Shown in pieces: positions 28,829 through 32,000 of a DNA stretch of 32,000 bases. Both the position numbers and the translations under genes were made by a program. The DNA comes from Trichodesmium erythraeum IMS101 (lineage in GTDB: Bacteria > Cyanobacteriota > Cyanobacteriia > Cyanobacteriales > Microcoleaceae), in the NCBI RefSeq assembly GCF_000014265.1, contig NC_008312.1:2040001-2072000 (forward strand), in the 5' to 3' direction. The notes below the pieces were generated by a model. It was given only the letters and a program-made list of their open reading frames with translations, searched no databases and had not been told where the DNA came from. Within the stretch, counting starts at the first letter, position 1. Each line of letters starts with the position of its first letter.

Positions 28829-29584
28829 CTAAACTTTTACATCTGATACATCTGAACCTAATGGCTTCAAAAGCCCAATTTTTCCTATTTGTTCTCGTAT
28901 CCAATTTTCTAATAATTCGTCCATTAGACGCCGACGCATTGAATCATCAAGCTGTGCTGGGATAAATTTTTCTAACCTAATAATTACTGTCCATTCTGTT
29001 AATGGACGTGGAGCCCAGATTTGCCCTGGTTGACTTACTGATAAAATTTTGCTTATAGAAGGATGTGGTTGAATTAGGGGGACAGGGCCTAACAACCCTC
29101 CTGTTCGCCCTTCTGGGCCTTCTGAATATTCACGAGCAACTTCGGCAAAAGTTTGCTCTTCTTCTACTATCCGAAAGTATAGTTCATGGGCTAAACCAGG
29201 ATTTTTTGTTCGAATTAGAGAATATACTACTTGGTCTAAGCTACTCTTGCGGGTGAGAAAATATCTTTCTACTTGATTTTTCCAAGTTTGTTGTTTAAAT
29301 TTTTCTAGCAATACTGGCCTAATTGCCATTTCTTCTAGTTGTTCTTGGGTCATGTTTTGGCTTTTTAGCCATGCTTGTTTAGCTTCGGGGTTATTTAATT
29401 GGTATTGAGTCTCAAATTTTTCTAAGGCTGTTGTTTTTTCCTTTTCTGTGCAAGTCAAGCTAGCGATCGCTTCGTCAATTATTACCCCTCGTAAAAAATG
29501 AGGCATTAACTGATAACGTTGTAATAGCGATGGGATATCTTGGGCTTGCAATAATTTATCACCTATTTGAAATAATCCTGTCAT
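28829..29584 (-). CDS. Parvulin (PpiC-type) peptidyl-prolyl isomerase-like protein, no signal peptide
   Basis: 251-aa ORF. The C-terminal half matches the parvulin pattern F.E.A..YSE.P....GG.LG........P.......L..G.I..P: TFAEVAREYSEGPEGRTGGLLGPVPLIQPHPSISKILSVSQPGQIWAP. The N-terminal ~130 aa are helical and chaperone-like. Confidence 0.7.
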   Translation of the reverse strand: MTGLFQIGDKLLQAQDIPSLLQRYQLMPHFLRGVIIDEAIASLTCTEKEKTTALEKFETQYQLNNPEAKQAWLKSQNMTQEQLEEMAIRPVLLEKFKQQTWKNQVERYFLTRKSSLDQVVYSLIRTKNPGLAHELYFRIVEEEQTFAEVAREYSEGPEGRTGGLLGPVPLIQPHPSISKILSVSQPGQIWAPRPLTEWTVIIRLEKFIPAQLDDSMRRRLMDELLENWIREQIGKIGLLKPLGSDVSDVKV

Positions 29585-31941
29585 TTTTTATCTCTCCAAC
29601 TAACTTGCACTATTCTTTTTAATCTAGTTCTCTGTAAAAGGTAGTGCCAAATAGTTTACTGATTCATTTTTTTTTATTGCTTTATGTTTATTTATTAGAA
29701 AATAGATAATTTACACCTATGAGCTCACATATTACAGTTTTTAATTATTCTCTAGAGTCTATTCTAACTCTTGTAAATAATAGCTTTTAGCTCTACTGGT
29801 TATAAATAATGGTAATCAGAATCTACTCTTTCTGGATCATAACATTCTCTTACTACTCAAGCATAAAAACTAAATTGTAGGACATGGCCGACTTTTTTTG
29901 TTTCTTTATTTATTTATGATGATTAATAATCTTTTTTAAGAGGATATTTGTAAATCAACACTTAAACACTAATTCCAGCCATTGCCATGTTTTCTGTCAT
30001 ATATCTGTAAATTTTAAAAAAATGAGCTTAAGAAAATGTATAATTAATTTTGTCAAGCTTAAAATATTAAATCCTGGTGTAGTCAACCGACACATCTAAA
30101 ATTATGTAATTAGCTTATCTAAAGTTGAGGAACGAAAACCAAGCAAAATAAGACACATGTTGAGTTTGAGTTCATTTTATCAAAGCCTACATTTTTTAAT
30201 TGCCTTAGTCCATTAGGGTATACTAGATGTAGATTCGCCCATTAAACTTAATAATCTCTGTGATTCATCATAACTTGCCTATATGTAAGCTGTAAGCAGA
30301 CCTAATATATTTTTTTTAGTATACCTTCTAAGAGTTCTCCTATTTGCTTTAAATAACCATAATCATCTAAAATTTTAGTCTTTAGAGGCAATCTTTTGTC
30401 AAACTTTTCCTGATTATAACAACATAATTTTTGTTTGTTTATAATGCTAGGCTTAACTTAATATATTATTTATAAGTATGAATAATTAATTCCAGCAATT
30501 CTTGTTATTTTAGTAAAGTTTCTATTTATCTTTCTTTTAACTCCTCACGTTTTTTTGAACACACACCATCAGTATTTATACTAACCAAAACTCTAGTATT
30601 AAGAATAATTTTATACAATGACAAAACACTAAAATTGAGGCTTATTTACTGAGCAATGTTTTTTAGACTGTAATTGTAAAACTTTAGGATCAGATATTAC
30701 TGTTTTGCCTAGAAATTATAATATCAGGCCTCAAGAAGGAAAACGGAAATTGGAATAAAAAATAAATCTTGAGGAAAACAAGTTTATATTTCAACAATTA
30801 CCCCTTATTGAAAAAAAAGAGGACTTAAGCCTTACAGCATATTCGGTAAGTAATGTGCAACAACTAACAGGGTAAATATTTTTTACAAGTTTACCATTCG
30901 TAATTCCCATATTCCCTAACCCCTACTCCTATGACCCTAAAAAAATCAACATAACTACCTAACATAACAACCCAGGAGTCGTAAATTCAATATATATTTA
31001 CATTTTAGGAGTCGCTACTAATATTGTATGCGACGTTCGTAAAAAAGATAAACAATTCACACCCTCAGTGGATGCTAATGATGAAAAAAATTATTCTACC
31101 TGTGTTAATTACTTAATCGTTTAAGTTTCAAATTAAAAATAGCATTAAATAGCATTTATTTTTAACCCTTGGTGTAAGAATAGTTTAATAACTCATAGCT
31201 AATATTTGATAGCTGATGGTTAAATGCTAACAAATCATACTTATTTAAGAAAGTTGTAATTTAATAGTTCAATTAAGAATAATGTTATAGGAAAAAAAGT
31301 TTACTTTACCACAATTAGTAGTTTTTTTAATCAGTAGTCCCATGAATGTGGTGATATTTATTTATAAGTAGACCCCTTTCATTGTCAATAGTTTAACTGC
31401 AAAAATCATTACTTGTGCATCACTACCCTTTAATCAATGAGTTATAGTTATACATCCATCTCTGCCCACCTTTCAAGCTATGCTTTATAAACATCTTTAT
31501 TAACATAAAACTTGACAAAACAGAGAAGTTATGTGCTTTTCATTAAATAGATATTTTAGGAGAATAGACTTACTTAATTAGAGGCTTTTCTCACCTATAG
31601 CTAGGTCTATTACATCCAATGTCCCGACCCATGCTAAAGACACGGGGAGAGAAGTTTTTGATAAATTATATAAAACAGTGAGATGTTTAATTCAATTTCT
31701 CCTCATATAACTTTCAGCATTTCCGTGCTGGAATGCTCCCCAAACAACTATCAGCTCAAGTCAAAACTATTCGTGATCAAGCATTGTAATTTGATAAATT
31801 TCCTAACACTTTTTTGTAGTCTTATAGTGTTGGGAAAAATGTGTGTTTTTCTTGCATAAAAATGTATAAAAACAATATAAAAATTGTGGATTTTGTTGTT
31901 CCCTATTTCTGATTTACTAATTGATTCAATAAAAAGCAAAA

Positions 31942-32000
31942 ATGCGAATATTATTTACAATTCCTCATTTTTTCAACCCAGAAGGTAGCGGGCAACATGG
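31942..32000 (+). CDS. 5' end of an ORF running off the window (MRILFTIPHFFNPEGSGQHG...)
   Basis: ATG at 31942, open to the window edge. Only 19 codons are visible, so no product call is possible. Confidence 0.3.
   Translation, partial: MRILFTIPHFFNPEGSGQH

Noticed and set aside
28705-28965. 86-aa plus-strand ORF overlapping the G+C-rich island and the 3' end of the parvulin-like gene
   Set aside because: It runs antisense into a supported gene and starts on a GTG. Its open frame is most simply a by-product of the locally higher G+C content.
30290-30460. ~50-codon open minus-strand stretch (…YNQEKFDKRLPLKTKILDDYGYLKQIGELLEGILKKIY*) that looks protein-like
   Set aside because: There is no start codon and I cannot name a family. 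It is possibly another gene fragment, but that is not supportable without a database search.
31751-31939. 62-aa minus-strand ORF near the window end
   Set aside because: It uses an alternative start and has a basic/aromatic AT-rich composition with no motifs. It lies in the probable promoter region of the plus-strand gene starting at 31942.

Overview
AT-rich segment in which all 11 intact genes lie on the minus strand. The HIP1 palindrome GCGATCGC occurs 8 times (1550, 2919, 9785, 19419, 21491, 27249, 28042, 29463). My rough base-composition estimate predicts well under one copy. That points to a cyanobacterium, and the low G+C, low coding density and many repeats fit a Trichodesmium-like filamentous genome (inference only). 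Intact CDS sum to 14,874 nt, about 46% of the window. There are two gene groups. (1) A cell-envelope glycan cluster: GT2 polyprenyl-phosphate glycosyltransferase, two paralogous GT-C-like polytopic membrane proteins, rfbC, rfbD, a SAM methyltransferase and an orphan type II thioesterase. (2) A type I secretion module: a parvulin-like protein, a 999-aa ABC exporter carrying a cNMP-binding-like domain and a C39-like domain, and a 726-aa HlyD-family adaptor. An amidase lies nearby. The most unusual content is non-coding. Three near-perfect long-unit tandem arrays take up about 21% of the window: 70 bp x about 6.4, 284 bp x 9, and 388-420 bp x 9. The third array is demonstrably made of serial copies of the 3' end of the adjacent methyltransferase gene. 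A G+C-rich, hairpin-dense island of about 360 bp sits between the parvulin-like gene and the ABC gene. There are three gene relics: a pseudo-rfbC, a pseudo secreted protein and a Ser/Thr kinase relic. I found no tRNA, rRNA, CRISPR array, transposase or integrase.
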